This document shows positions 23,720-35,200 of a stretch of 64,000 nt of DNA, in pieces. Under the pieces are notes generated by a model, which worked only from the letters and a program-made list of their open reading frames with translations, did not search any database and was not told where the DNA came from. This DNA is from Malacoraja senta (taxonomy: Eukaryota), in assembly GCA_038087875.1 (NCBI GenBank), contig CM075988.1:124001-188000 (forward strand). Reading direction: 5' to 3'. Position 1 is the first letter of the stretch. The number at the start of each line of letters is the position of its first letter. The translations under genes and the position numbers were made by a program.

Positions 23720-24748
23720 GTGAATTGGGAGTGCCAGTGCAGGACTCCCAAATAGTTAATTTGCAAGTTGAATCGGTCGGAAGGAAGGCAAATTTAATGC
23801 TAGCATTTATATCAAGAGGACTCGAATACAAAAAACAGGGATGTAATGCTGAGGCTCTATAAGGCGCTGGTCAGGCTGCATGTGGAGTATTGTGAGTAAA
23901 TTTGGGCCCCATATCTGAGGAAGGATGTGCTGGCTCTGGAGAATGTCCAGAGGAGGTTTACAAGAATGATCCCAGGAATGAGTGGGTTAACATATGATGA
24001 GCGTTTGTCGGCGCTGGGCCTGTACTCGCTGGAGTTTAGAAGGTTGAGGGGGGACCCAATTGAAATTTACAGAATAGAAAGAGGCTTGGATATAGTGGAT
24101 GTGGAGAGGATGTTTCCACTGGTGGGAGAGTCTAGGACCAGAGGTCACAGCCTCAGAATTAAAGGGCGCTCTTTTAGAAAGGAGGTGTGGAGGAACCTCT
24201 TTAGTCAGAGGGGAGTTAATATGTGGAATTAATTGCCACAGAGGGCTGCGGAGGCCAAGTTAAAGCCCTGCCCCACGGTACGAGTTCATTCCAAGAGCTC
24301 CCCCGAGTTTAAAAAAAATCAAACTCGTGGTAAGCACGGAGAATGAACGTAGCGGGTACGTCGGAGCTCGGGGACGTCTCTTAGCGGCTCGTAACGGGAA
24401 CGGCAGGTACTCGGGAGACTCGCTAACGGCAGGCAAGCACGGGAAGACTCGTGAAGATTTTTCAACATGTTGAAAAATGTCCACGAGAGCCCCGAGTACC
24501 GACGAGTGGCCATTACCGTAAATCTCCGAGTTCGAATCGGGGCAAACTCGGGAGAACTCTTGGAATGAACTCGTACCGTGGGACAGGGGTTTAAGTGGAT
24601 ATATTTTAAGGCAGAGATCTTGATTAGAATGGGGGGGGGGGGGGGCAAGGGTTATGGTGAGAAGGCAGGAAAATAGGATTAGGAGGCAGAGATCAGCCAT
24701 GATTGAATGGCGGACTAGACTCAATGGGCCGAATTCCACTCCTATAAC
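23720..24748 (+). mobile_element. CR1 3' fragment (second subfamily) interrupted by a MITE
   Basis: ORFs 23680-23862 and 23927-24232 (KANLMLAFISRG..., VQRRFTRMIPGMSGLTYDERL). Confidence 0.85.
24264..24590. mobile_element. MITE with about 47-bp TIRs flanked by TTAA (Harbinger-like termini)
   Basis: AGCCCTGCCCCACGGTACGAGTTCATTCCAAGAG... / ...CTCTTGGAATGAACTCGTACCGTGGGACAGGGGT. TTAA at 24260-24263 and 24591-24594. It shares the TTCAACATGTTGAA core with the 10375 MITE. Confidence 0.82.
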
Positions 24749-24897
24749 TTGTGAACCCTTCCTTGGTGCTGGGATGTGTTTGGGTCGAAGAGTCCCCGCC
24801 CAGTGTGTGGTGTGTGTAGTGTAGAGGGAACTGGGTTTACAAGCTGGTTTGGTTTTTGTTTTACAGGAGTTGTGTGGAGTTGTGAAGAGTGAGTGCC

Positions 24898-25174
24898 ATG
24901 CAGTTCCCCGCACCCTGGTACGTGGAGTTGTCCCCGCTCCTTCCCCACACCCCCCTCCACCCCACGCCCTTTTATATCGAGGATATCCTCGGACGGGACG
25001 GTGCCGGGTTCGAGTCCCGGTCCCGGTCCCGGACCCACCAGCTCGCTGCTGCTCCGCCGCCGCCGTCAGCCTTCTACCCCGACCCGAGTCCCGGCCACCC
25101 CGCTCTGTCTACCCATCTGTACCGGTCAACGCAACGGGGAATCCCACAACGTCTCTGCTCACCTCTGGGACAAG
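24898..25174 (+). CDS. HHEX-like: First coding exon of a divergent HHEX-like (Hex/PRH) homeobox gene; partial, homeodomain exons not found in window
   Basis: GCCATGC start with an in-frame upstream TGA. Encodes MQFPAPWYVELSPLLPHTPLHPTPFYIEDILGR...FYPDPSPGHPAL...LY...SPLGQ. This matches HHEX as I recall it: MQYP start, exact HPTPFYIEDILGR eh1 motif, YEPTPIHPAF-like motif, PLG near the exon end. Phase-1 donor CAAG|GTGAGA. CpG-rich, unique sequence. Candidate acceptor TTTTGTTTTACAG|G at 24866/24867. Confidence 0.78.
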
Positions 25175-26080
25175 GTGAGAGGGGGAAAGAGGGGGAGAGG
25201 GGAGAGAGGGAGAGAAGAGAGAGGGAAGGGGGAGAGGGAAGGGAGAGGGAAGGGGGAGAGGGAAGGGGGGAGAGAGGGAAGGGGGGAGAGGAGGAAGGGA
25301 GAGGGAAGGGGGGAGAGGAAGGGGAGATGGAGGGAGGAGAGGGGAGAGAGGGAAGGGGGAGAGAGGGAAGGGAGAGGAGGGGGGAGAGGAAGGGGGGGAT
25401 GGAGGGGGGAGAGAGGAGAGGGGAGAGAGGGAAGGGGGGAGAGGAGGAAGGGAGAGGAGGGAGAGATGGGGGAGAGAGAAGGGGGAGAGGAGGAGAGGAG
25501 CGGGGGGAGAGGGAAGGGGGAGAGGAGGATGGGAGAGGGGGGAGAGGAGTGGGGAGGGGAAGGAGAGATAGGTGGAGGGAGTGAGAGGGGGGGGAGAGGA
25601 TGGGGAGAGGAGAGGGGGGAGATGGAAAGGAGGAGAGGAGGGGGAGAAGGAGAGAGGGGAGAGGGAGGAGGAGAGAGGAGAAGGAGAGAGGGGAGAGGGA
25701 GAGGAGGATGGGAGAGGAGGAGAGGAGGGGGAGAAGGAGAGACGAGAGGGAGAGGGGGGAGAGAGGGAAGGGGAGAGGGGAGAGGGAGGGAGAGAGAGGG
25801 GGAGGAAAGGGGGAGAGGAGTGGGGAAAGGGAGGAGGGAGGAGAGGAGGGGGAGAGAGGACAGGAGAGAGGGAAGGGGAGAGGAGTAGTGGGGAGAGGAA
25901 GGAGGAGGGGGGGAGGGAAGGGTAGAGGGGGAGAGGAGGAGGGGAGGGTAGGAGGGAGAAGAGGGGGAGAGGAGGGGGGAGGAGGAGGAGGAGGGGAGGT
26001 GAGGGAGAGTGAGGGAGAAAGTTGGGAGGAGTGGAGTGGAGGGGGGGAGGGGGGAAAGAAACACGAGGGAAACAAAAGGA
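25175..26080 (+). repeat. About 900-bp near-pure polypurine (G/A) tract at the start of the intron
   Basis: Almost exclusively G and A on the + strand. Confidence 0.95.
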
Positions 26081-26353
26081 ATGGAACACGTTGAAATAAA
26101 TCACTAAACGAAAATTAGTTATAAAATGATGAGAGATGTAGATAGGGTAGACAGTCAGAACCTTTTACCCCAGGGTGGGAAAATCAAAGACTAGAGGGCG
26201 TAGCTTTAAGGTGAGAGGGTGCAAAGTTTAAAGGGGCTGTGCAGGGCAGGTTTTTTTTACACAGAGGGTGGTGGGTGCCTGGAATGTGCTGCCAGGGGTG
26301 GTGGTGGTGGAGGCAGATTTGATCGTGGAATTTGAGAGGCTTTTAGGGTACAG

Positions 26354-27230
26354 TAAAAAATCGTAAATTGTCCCCAGTGTGTGTTTTAGTTTTTAGTTTA
26401 GTTTAGAGATACAGCGCGGAAACAGGCCCTTCGGCCCACCGGGTCCGTGCCGACCAGCGATCCCCGCACATTAACACTATCCCACACCCACTAGGGACAA
26501 CTTTTACATTTTGCCAAGCCAATTAAACTACAAACCTGCACGTCTTTGGAGTGTGGGAGGAAACAGAAGATCTCGGAGAAAACCCACGCAGGTCACGGGG
26601 AGAACGTACAAACTCCGTACAGACAGCACCCGTAGTCATAGACATAGACATAGAAAATAGGTGCAGGAGGAGGCCATTCGGCCCTTCGAGCCAGCACCGC
26701 CATTCATTGTGATCATGGCTGATCGTCCCCAATCAATAACCCGTGCCTGCCTTCTCCCCATATCCCTTGACTCCACTAGCCCCTAGAGCTCTATCTAACT
26801 CTCTCTTAAATCCATCCAGTGACTTGGCCTCCACTGCCCTCTGTGGCAGGGAATTCCACAAGTTCGCAACTCTCTGGGTGAAAAAGTTTTTTCTCACCTC
26901 AGTCTTAAATGACCTCCCCTTTATTCTAAGACTGTGGCCCCTGGTTCTGGACTCGCCCAACATTGGGAACATTTTTCCTGCATCTAGCTTGTCCAGTCCT
27001 TTTATAATTTTATATGTTTCTATAAGATCCCCCCCTCATCCTTCTAAACTCCAGTGAATACAAGCCTAGTCTTTTCAATCTTTCCTCATATGACAGTACC
27101 CGTAGTCGGGATCGAACCCGGGTGTCCAGCACTGCATCCGTGTAGGATAGTGTTAACGTTCGGGGATCGCTGGTCGGTGCGGATTCGGTGGGCCGAAGGG
27201 CCTGTTTCTGTGCTGTATGTCTAAATAGAG
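26354..27230. mobile_element. Nested SINE(+) > SINE(-) > CR1(-) insertion stack
   Basis: A CR1 3' fragment (26638-27091) is flanked by GACAG(C/T)ACCCGTAGTC at 26622-26637 and 27092-27107. It sits in a minus-strand HE1-like SINE (about 26385-27130), which itself splits a + strand SINE fragment. Confidence 0.75.
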
Positions 27231-27499
27231 GGAAACAAATGTTGTGCACAGAATCTGAATGAAATGTCACAGAAAGTTCTGGTTTAAGTTTAGTTTGGTT
27301 TTGTTTAGTTCATTAACTAGTTCATCTAGTTCATTAACTAAAGTTCATCTAGTTTAAAGTTCATTATTATCACGTTTACCGAGGTACAGTGAAAATCTTT
27401 TACGTTGCGTGCAATCCAAAAAGACAATACATGATTACAATCGAGCCGTCCACAGTGTACAGTTACAGGTTAAAGGGAGTAACGTTTAGGGCAAGATCA

Positions 27500-27958
27500 T
27501 GTCATATGCTGAGAGAATGGAGCAGCTGGGCTTGTACACTCTGGAGTTTTGAAGGACGAGAGGGGATCTCATTGAAACATATAAGATTGTTAAGGGCTTG
27601 GACACGCTAGAGGCAGGAAACATGTTCCCGATGTTGGGGGAGTCCAGAACCAGGGGCCACAGTTTAAGAATAAGGAGTAAGCCATTTAGAACGGAGACGA
27701 GGAAACACTTTTTCTCACAGTCAGTGGTGAGTCTGTGGAATTCTCTGCCTCAGAGGGCGGTGGAGGCCGGTTCTCTGGATGCTTTCAAGAGAGAGTTAGA
27801 TAGGACTCTTAAAAATAGTGAAGTCAGGGGATATGGGAAGAAGGCAGGAACGGGGTACTAATTGGGGATGATCAGCCATGATCACATTGAATGGCGGTGC
27901 TGGCTCGAAGGTCCCAATGGCCTCCTCCTGCACCTATTGTCTATGTTTCTATGTTTCT
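27500..27958 (+). mobile_element. CR1 3' fragment
   Basis: ORF 27598-27861, 3' UTR and tail. Confidence 0.88.
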
Positions 27959-28609
27959 AAGTTTTAAACGCGGAGAGTGATGGGTGTTGGAAGCAGATAC
28001 GATAGCCCCCCCCCTCCCCCCATTCTAAGTTCTCCCCCTAATCCCACCCCAGCCACCCTCCCCCCACTGATGTACAGCACTTTGGTCAACGTGAGTTGTT
28101 TTTAAACGTGCTATACAAATAAAATTGACTGATTGACCGGCTGACTAAGTTGCGCGTGCGACCAAAAATATGAAACCTTGTGGAATACATCTCTTGTAAT
28201 TCTGAAAGCATTACAGGTATATTGTTTTGTGCTGTATGTACAATTGATATTTTTTTTTGGAAGTTTATCAAGTGAAATTCTAATGTGTTATGCCGACAAT
28301 GATTGTTTAGGGTCAGAGGTGAAATAGGACCGGTTCACGCGTACGGCCCTCGCGCGGAAGCATTTTCTTCGTAACTCAGCTTCATCCCCACAAACTCCGT
28401 GAATTTTCAAAAAAGCCGGAACGTTCATACCTTCCGCAGACATGCATTATATAGTTCTGCGCCGGTGGGAAAATAGCAACGAATAAGATTAATCTCTTGC
28501 AAGGATTTTCTTAATGTGTCGCCTGGTCCACGTGTGTGACGCGCTGGTTCACTTTCCGAAGAATGGCCCGATATTGGTTTTACAAGGCATGTAGACGGGC
28601 ACATGAAGA

Positions 28610-28675
28610 CGGGGCGGAAATCGCTATCAAAACGGGGGGAGGGCGACATAACGTCTTGGCGCATGCGCGCGCGCG

Positions 28676-28713
<38 letters not shown>

Positions 28714-29168
28714 GACACACACACACAGACAGACACACACACGCGCGCGCGCGCGGCTTCGGAGGCATCGGCCGTGGGCCCTGTGGACGGTAACATCGGG
28801 AGCTGACCTGGTTGGTGAGCGACTACGAACTCCAGCAACAACAGCTCCGTCCGCCCCGAATCGTGGGGCTTGAATCGGCCCGTTCGCGGGGCCTTTCATC
28901 GCCCGGCGCGGCTTTAAATCGGCTTAACATCGGGAGCCTCGATGGCCTCGATGCAGCAGGTTGGTTTTAAGCCGCGCCAGGCGGCGATGAAAGGCTCCGC
29001 GAACGTGCCGATTCAGCCCTTAGAAAGCGTCACCCCCACTGTCCCGCAGAAAGCGGAGATTTTAATAGTTCTTTTTTTCACCGAGGGGGGGAATTGTCCC
29101 CCACCTCTCAAAACATGGAGGGACGCGTCCCCCCCCCCCCCCCGTTCCCCTCAGGATTTCCGCCCATG
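28610..29168. mobile_element. Non-autonomous hAT-like element with 8-bp TSD
   Basis: Termini CGGGGCGGAAATC / GATTTCCGCCCATG. TSD CATGAAGA (28602-28609) versus CATGAATA (29169-29176). The flanks rejoin into a CR1-like 3' end. Confidence 0.68.
28659..28755. repeat. (CA)n microsatellite bracketed by (GC)n runs
   Basis: gcgcatgcgcgcgcgcg-tt-(ca)n with cag variants-cgcgcgcgcgcgc. Confidence 0.9.
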
Positions 29169-29848
29169 CATGAATATGCAGGGAATGGAGGCATACGGAT
29201 CATGCTGGTGGGGATTAATCAAACTTGGCATCATGGACATTGTGAGCTGAAGGGTCTGCTCCTGTGCTGTACTGTTCCATAGCTATTACCCCAGGCCAGG
29301 TCGGGGGGAGTTCCCTCCCGCCACCACGGGTACCCAATGTAACCCCGGGCTACCCGCTCCATGGTCGGATAGTCGGCGACTAAACCGTCTCCCCCACCCT
29401 GGTTTGCCAGGTGAGGAGGGGGCTGTGGACCCCCAGCAGGACCAAAAACAAGACTTGTCAAAGGGCGGATGAGCTTCTAGTGAGCCAACGGCCATCCACA
29501 CTTCAATAGAAGTTAGGATCACTGTCGTACGTGGTGTTGTAAGGAATGATGATAAAACACACACACACACCAAAATCCTAGACTTCCAGCGGTGGAAGTC
29601 CGCAGGAACTGGAGGACAGAGATGTGTGGTGCGTCCGGCACCGTTCCCGTCAGAAACCGGCACCACTGCGTCGCTAATGTTTTCAACGATGATGAATGAA
29701 TGAATGTTACGTCACTGTACCGTCTCCGCCACAGAAGGCAGCGGAGGCCAATTCACTGGATGTTCTCGAGAGAGAGTTAGATTTAGCTCGCAGGGCTGAC
29801 GGAATCAAGGGATATGGGGAGAAAGCAGGAACGGGGTACTGATTTTGG

Positions 29849-30660
29849 AAGTCAAGTCAAGTCAAGTCACATTTATTTATATAGCACATTTAAAAAACAA
29901 CTCTCGTTGGCCAAAGTGCTTTACATTTGTTATAAGAATAGCATAAACAAAACAAACTACATACATATATACATGTAGCCCTCACTCAGAGGACGTCAGG
30001 AAAGGCTTGGGAGTATAGATACGTTTTTAGTCTTGATTTAAAAGAGTCGATGGAGGGGGCAGTTCTGATGGGAAGGGGGATGCTGTTCCACAGTCTTGGA
30101 GCTGCAACCACAAAGGCGCGGTCGCCCCTGAGCTTATGCCTAGACCGTGGGATATTCAGCAACCCCAAGTCGGCCGATCTGAGGGGCCTGGAGGTGGAGT
30201 GGTGGGTGAGAAGACTTTTTATGTAGGTGGGGGCAAGCCCATTGAGGGCTTTGTAGACATGGAGGAGGATCTTGAAGTTTATACGGAACCGCACAGGGAG
30301 CCAGTGGAGAGAGGCCAGGATCGGGGTGATGTGGTCCCTTTTTCGGGTGCCCGTCAGGAGTCTCGCTGCGATTGGCGTTTTGGACCAGTTGCAGGCGGGA
30401 CAGGGAAGATTGGCTGATGCCAGTGTAAAGGGAGTTGCAGTAATCTAGGCGGGAGGAGATAAATGTGTGGATGATCTTTTCGAGGTCATCAAGCTGGAGG
30501 AATTGTTTTATTTAGCTATCGTCCGAAGCTGAAAGAAGCTAGCTTTTACCACGGCATTGACTTGTTTGTCAAATTTCAGTGCTGAGTCAAATATCACGAC
30601 AAGGTTTTTGACATTAGTTTGAGTAGTGGGGTAAGGCTTCCAAGGCTGCCTGCTATCATT
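29849..30660 (-). mobile_element. L2-clade LINE 3' fragment
   Basis: ORF 29986-30294 reads FRINFKILLHVYKALNGLAPTY...GDRAFVVAAPRLWNSIP...FKSRLKTYLY. It has a (TTGAC)n tail and splits a CR1 3' end (29720-29848 / 30660-30750). Confidence 0.88.
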
Positions 30661-30947
30661 TTGATGATCAGCCATGATCATATTGAATGGCGGTGTTGGC
30701 TCAAAGGGCCGAATGTCCCACTGCTGAACCTATATTCTATGTTTCTATGTCTCAGCGTAATTGAGCATCGGACAATGAAGTCAACTTGCTAACTTCCCGC
30801 AAGATTGAACCTCTCTTTCTGAGAATGATCTGATGAGTTGTAATAATACTTTCTCGACTTCTCTAAATTTCCCCTCGATCTCCGGTCGGCATGGTGGCCC
30901 AGCGGTAGAGCTGCTGCCTCACAGCGCCAGAGACACAGGTTATCGAG

Positions 30948-31828
30948 AATAGACAATAGACAATAGGTGCAGGAGTAGGCCTTCGAGCCAGCACCGCCAT
31001 TCAATGTGACCATGGCTGATCATCCCCAATCAGTACCCCGTTCCTGCCTTCTCCCCATATCCCCTGACTCCGCTATTTTTAAGAGCCCTATCTAACTCTC
31101 TCTTGAAAGCATCCAGCATCAATTACCTCCTCTGGCAGCTTATTCCGTACACCCACCACTTTCTGTGTGAAAAGGTTGTCCCTCAGGTTCCTATTAAATC
31201 TTTCCCCCATCACCTTAAACCCATGTCCTCTGGTTCTTGGTTCTCCTGGCTTGGGAAAAAGACTGTGCATTCATTCACCCTATTTATTCCCCTCGTGATT
31301 AAAAAGACAATAGGCAATAGACAACAGATAATAGGTGCAGGAGTAGGCCATTTGGCCCTTTGAACCAGCACCGCCATTCAATGTGACCATGGCTAATCAT
31401 CCCCAATCAGTACCCCGTTCCTGCCTTCTCCCCATATCCCCTGACTCCGCTATTTTTAAGAGCCCTATCTAGCTCTTTCTTGAAAGCATCCAGAGAACCG
31501 GCCTCCACCGCCCTCTGAGGCAGAGAATTCCACAGACTCACCACTCTCTGTGTGAAAAAGTTTTTCCTCGTCTCCGTTCTAAATGGCTTACTCCTTATTC
31601 TTAAACTGTGGCCCCTGGTTCTGGACTCCCCCAACATCGGAAACATGTTTCCTGCCTCTAGCATGTCCAAACCCTTAACAATCTTATATGTCTCAATGAG
31701 ATCCCCTCTCATCCTTCTAAATTCCAGAGTGTACAAGCCCAGCCGCTCCATTCTCCCAGCATATGACAGTCCCGCCATCCCGGGAATTAAACTGGTGAAC
31801 CTACGCTGCACTCCCTCAATAGCAAGAA
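30948..31828 (-). mobile_element. Three abutting CR1 3' fragments
   Basis: ORFs 31088-31270 and 31407-31811. (GACAATA)n tails at about 30948 and about 31306. Confidence 0.85.
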
Positions 31829-32001
31829 TACGCTATTATAAGATCACCACTCACCCTCCTGCACTCCATGGTGTAGAGTCCTAGCCTGTCCAACCTCAAG
31901 CCCCTGAGTCCTGGCAACGTCTTGTGCTGAATTAATCCATTCGGCCCATCGAGACTGCTCTGTCATTCAAACATGGCTGATCTATCAAGGGCCAGTCTCA
32001 C

Positions 32002-32201
32002 NNNNNNNNNNNNNNNNNNNNNNNNNNNNNNNNNNNNNNNNNNNNNNNNNNNNNNNNNNNNNNNNNNNNNNNNNNNNNNNNNNNNNNNNNNNNNNNNNNN
32101 NNNNNNNNNNNNNNNNNNNNNNNNNNNNNNNNNNNNNNNNNNNNNNNNNNNNNNNNNNNNNNNNNNNNNNNNNNNNNNNNNNNNNNNNNNNNNNNNNNNN
32201 N
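32002..32201. other. Assembly gap (200 N)
   Basis: Run of N. Confidence 1.
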
Positions 32202-35200
32202 CTCACTCACTCACCGGCCACACTCACTCACTCACCGGCCACACTCACTCACCGGCCACACTCACTCACTCACTCACCGGCCACACTCACTCACTCACCG
32301 GCCACACTCACTCACTCACCGGCCACTCACTCACTCACTGGCCACACTGACTCATTCACTCACTGGCCACACACTCACCGGCCACACTCACTCACTCACT
32401 CACCGGCCTCACTCACTCACACTCACTCACTGGCCACACTCACTCATTCACTCATGGGCCACACTCACTCACCGGCCACACTCACTCACTCACGGGCCAC
32501 ACTCACTCACGGGCCACACTCACTCACGGGCCACACTCACTCACTCACCAGCCACACTGACTCACTCACCGGCCACACTCACTCACTCATCGACCGCACT
32601 CACTCAATCACAGGACACACTCACTCACTCACAGGCCACACTCACTCACTCACACACTCACTCACTCACCGGCCACACTCACTCACCGACCACACTCACT
32701 CACTCAATCACAGGACACACTCACTCACTCACTCACAGGCCACACACACACTCACTCACTCACCGGCCACACTCACTCATTCACTGGCCACACTCACTCA
32801 CTGGCCACACTCACTCATTCGCCGGCCACACTCATTCACTCACAGGCCACACTCACTCACACACACCAGCCACACTCACTCACTCACCGGCCACACACTC
32901 ACGGGCCACACTGACACACTCACACACACCGGCCACACTCACTCACTCACCAGCCACACTCACTCACTCACCGGCCGCACTCACTCACCCACCGGCCACA
33001 CTCACTCACCGGCCACACTCACCGGCCACACTCACTCACTCACTCACTGGCCACACTCACTCACCGGCCACACTCACTCACTCACCGACCACACTCACTC
33101 ACTCACCGGCCACACTCATTCACCGGCCACACTCACTCACTCACCGGCCGCACTCACTCACCTGCCACACTCACTCACTCACCGGCCACACTCACTCACT
33201 CACCGGCCACACTCACTCACCGGCCACACTCACTCACCGGCCACACTCACTCACTCACCGGCCACACTCACTCAATCACCGGCCACTCACTCACTCAATC
33301 ACCGGCCACTCACTCACTCACTGGCCACACTGACTCATTCACTCACTGGCCACACACTCACCGGCCACACTCACTCACTCACTCACTCATCGGCCTCACT
33401 CACTCACTCACTCACCGGCCACACTCACTCACCGGCCACACTCACTCACTCACCGGCCACACTCACTCACCGGCCACACTCACTCACTCACTCACTCATC
33501 GGCCACACTCACTCAACCACCAGCCACATTCACTCACTCACTCACACACCGGCCACACTCACTCACTCACTCACTGGCCACACTCACACTCACTCACTCA
33601 CCGGCCACACTCACTCAATCACCGGCCACTCACTCACTCAATCACCGGCCACTCACTCACTCACTGGCCACACTGACTCATTCACTCACTGGCCACACAC
33701 TCACCGGCCACACTCACTCACTCACTCATCGGCCTCACTCACTCACTCACTCACCGGCCACACTCACTCACCGGCCACACTCACTCACTCACCGGCCACA
33801 CTCACTCACCGGCCACACTCACTCACTCACTCACTCATCGGCCACACTCACTCAACCACCAGCCACATTCACTCACTCACTCACACACCGGCCACACTCA
33901 CTCACTCACTCACTGGCCACACTCACACTCACTCACGGGCCACACTCACTCACCCACTCACAGGCCACACTCACTCACGGGCCACACTCACTCACACTCA
34001 CCGGCCACACTCACTCACACACTCACGGGCCTCACTCACTCACGGGCCACACTCACTCATTCACTCATTCTCTGGCCACACTCACTGGCCACACTCACTC
34101 ATTCACTCATGGGCCACACTCACTCACTCACCGGCCACACTCACTCACTCACTCACGGGCCACACTCACTCACTCATGGGCCACACTCACTCACTCACGG
34201 GCCACACTCACTCACTCACGGGCCACACTCACTCACTCACTCACTCACTCACTCACGGGCCACACTCACACTCATTCACGGGCCACACTGAATCACTCAC
34301 TCACCGGTCACACTCACTCACTCACACTCACCTGCCACACTCACTCACTCACACTCACCGGCCACACTCACTCACACACTCACGGGCCACACTCACTCAC
34401 CCACGGGCCACACTCACTCATTCACTCATTCTCTGGCGACACTCATTCACTGGCCACACTCACTCATTCACTCATGGGCCACACTCACTCACCGGCCACA
34501 CTCACTCACGGGCCACACTCACTCACGGGCCACACTCACTCACTCACGGGCCACACTCAGTCACTCACTCACGGGCCACACTCACTCACTCATGGGCCAC
34601 ACTCACTCACTCACGGGCCTCACTCACTCACTGGCCACACTCACTCACTCACCGGCCACACTCACTCACCGGCCATACTCACTCACCGACCACACTCACT
34701 CACCGGCCACTCACTCACTCACCGGCCACACTCACTCATGGACCACATTCACTCACTCACGGGCCACACTCACTCACTTCACTCGCTGGCCTCATTCACT
34801 CACTCACACACCGGCCACACTCACTCACTCATTCACACACCGGCCACACTCACTCACTCACCGGCCACACTGACTCACTCACCGGCCACACTCACTCACT
34901 CATCGACCACACTCACTCAATCACAGGACACACTCACTCACTCACAGGCCACACTCACTCACTGGCCGCACTCACACACTCACTCACCGGCCACACTCAC
35001 CCACTCACTCACCGGCCACACTCACTCACCAGCCACACTCACTCACTCACTCACTCACTCACTCACCAGCCACACTCACTCAACCACCAGCCACATTCAC
35101 TCACTCACTCACACACCGGCCTCACTCACTCACACACCGGCCACACTCACTCACTCACCGGCCACACTCACTCACTCACCGGCCACACTCACTCACTCAC

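Noticed and set aside
25074..26104. Pro/Ser/Leu-rich and Gly/Glu/Arg-rich ORFs
   Set aside because: Low-complexity translations of the polypurine tract. The real frame ends at the donor after 25174.
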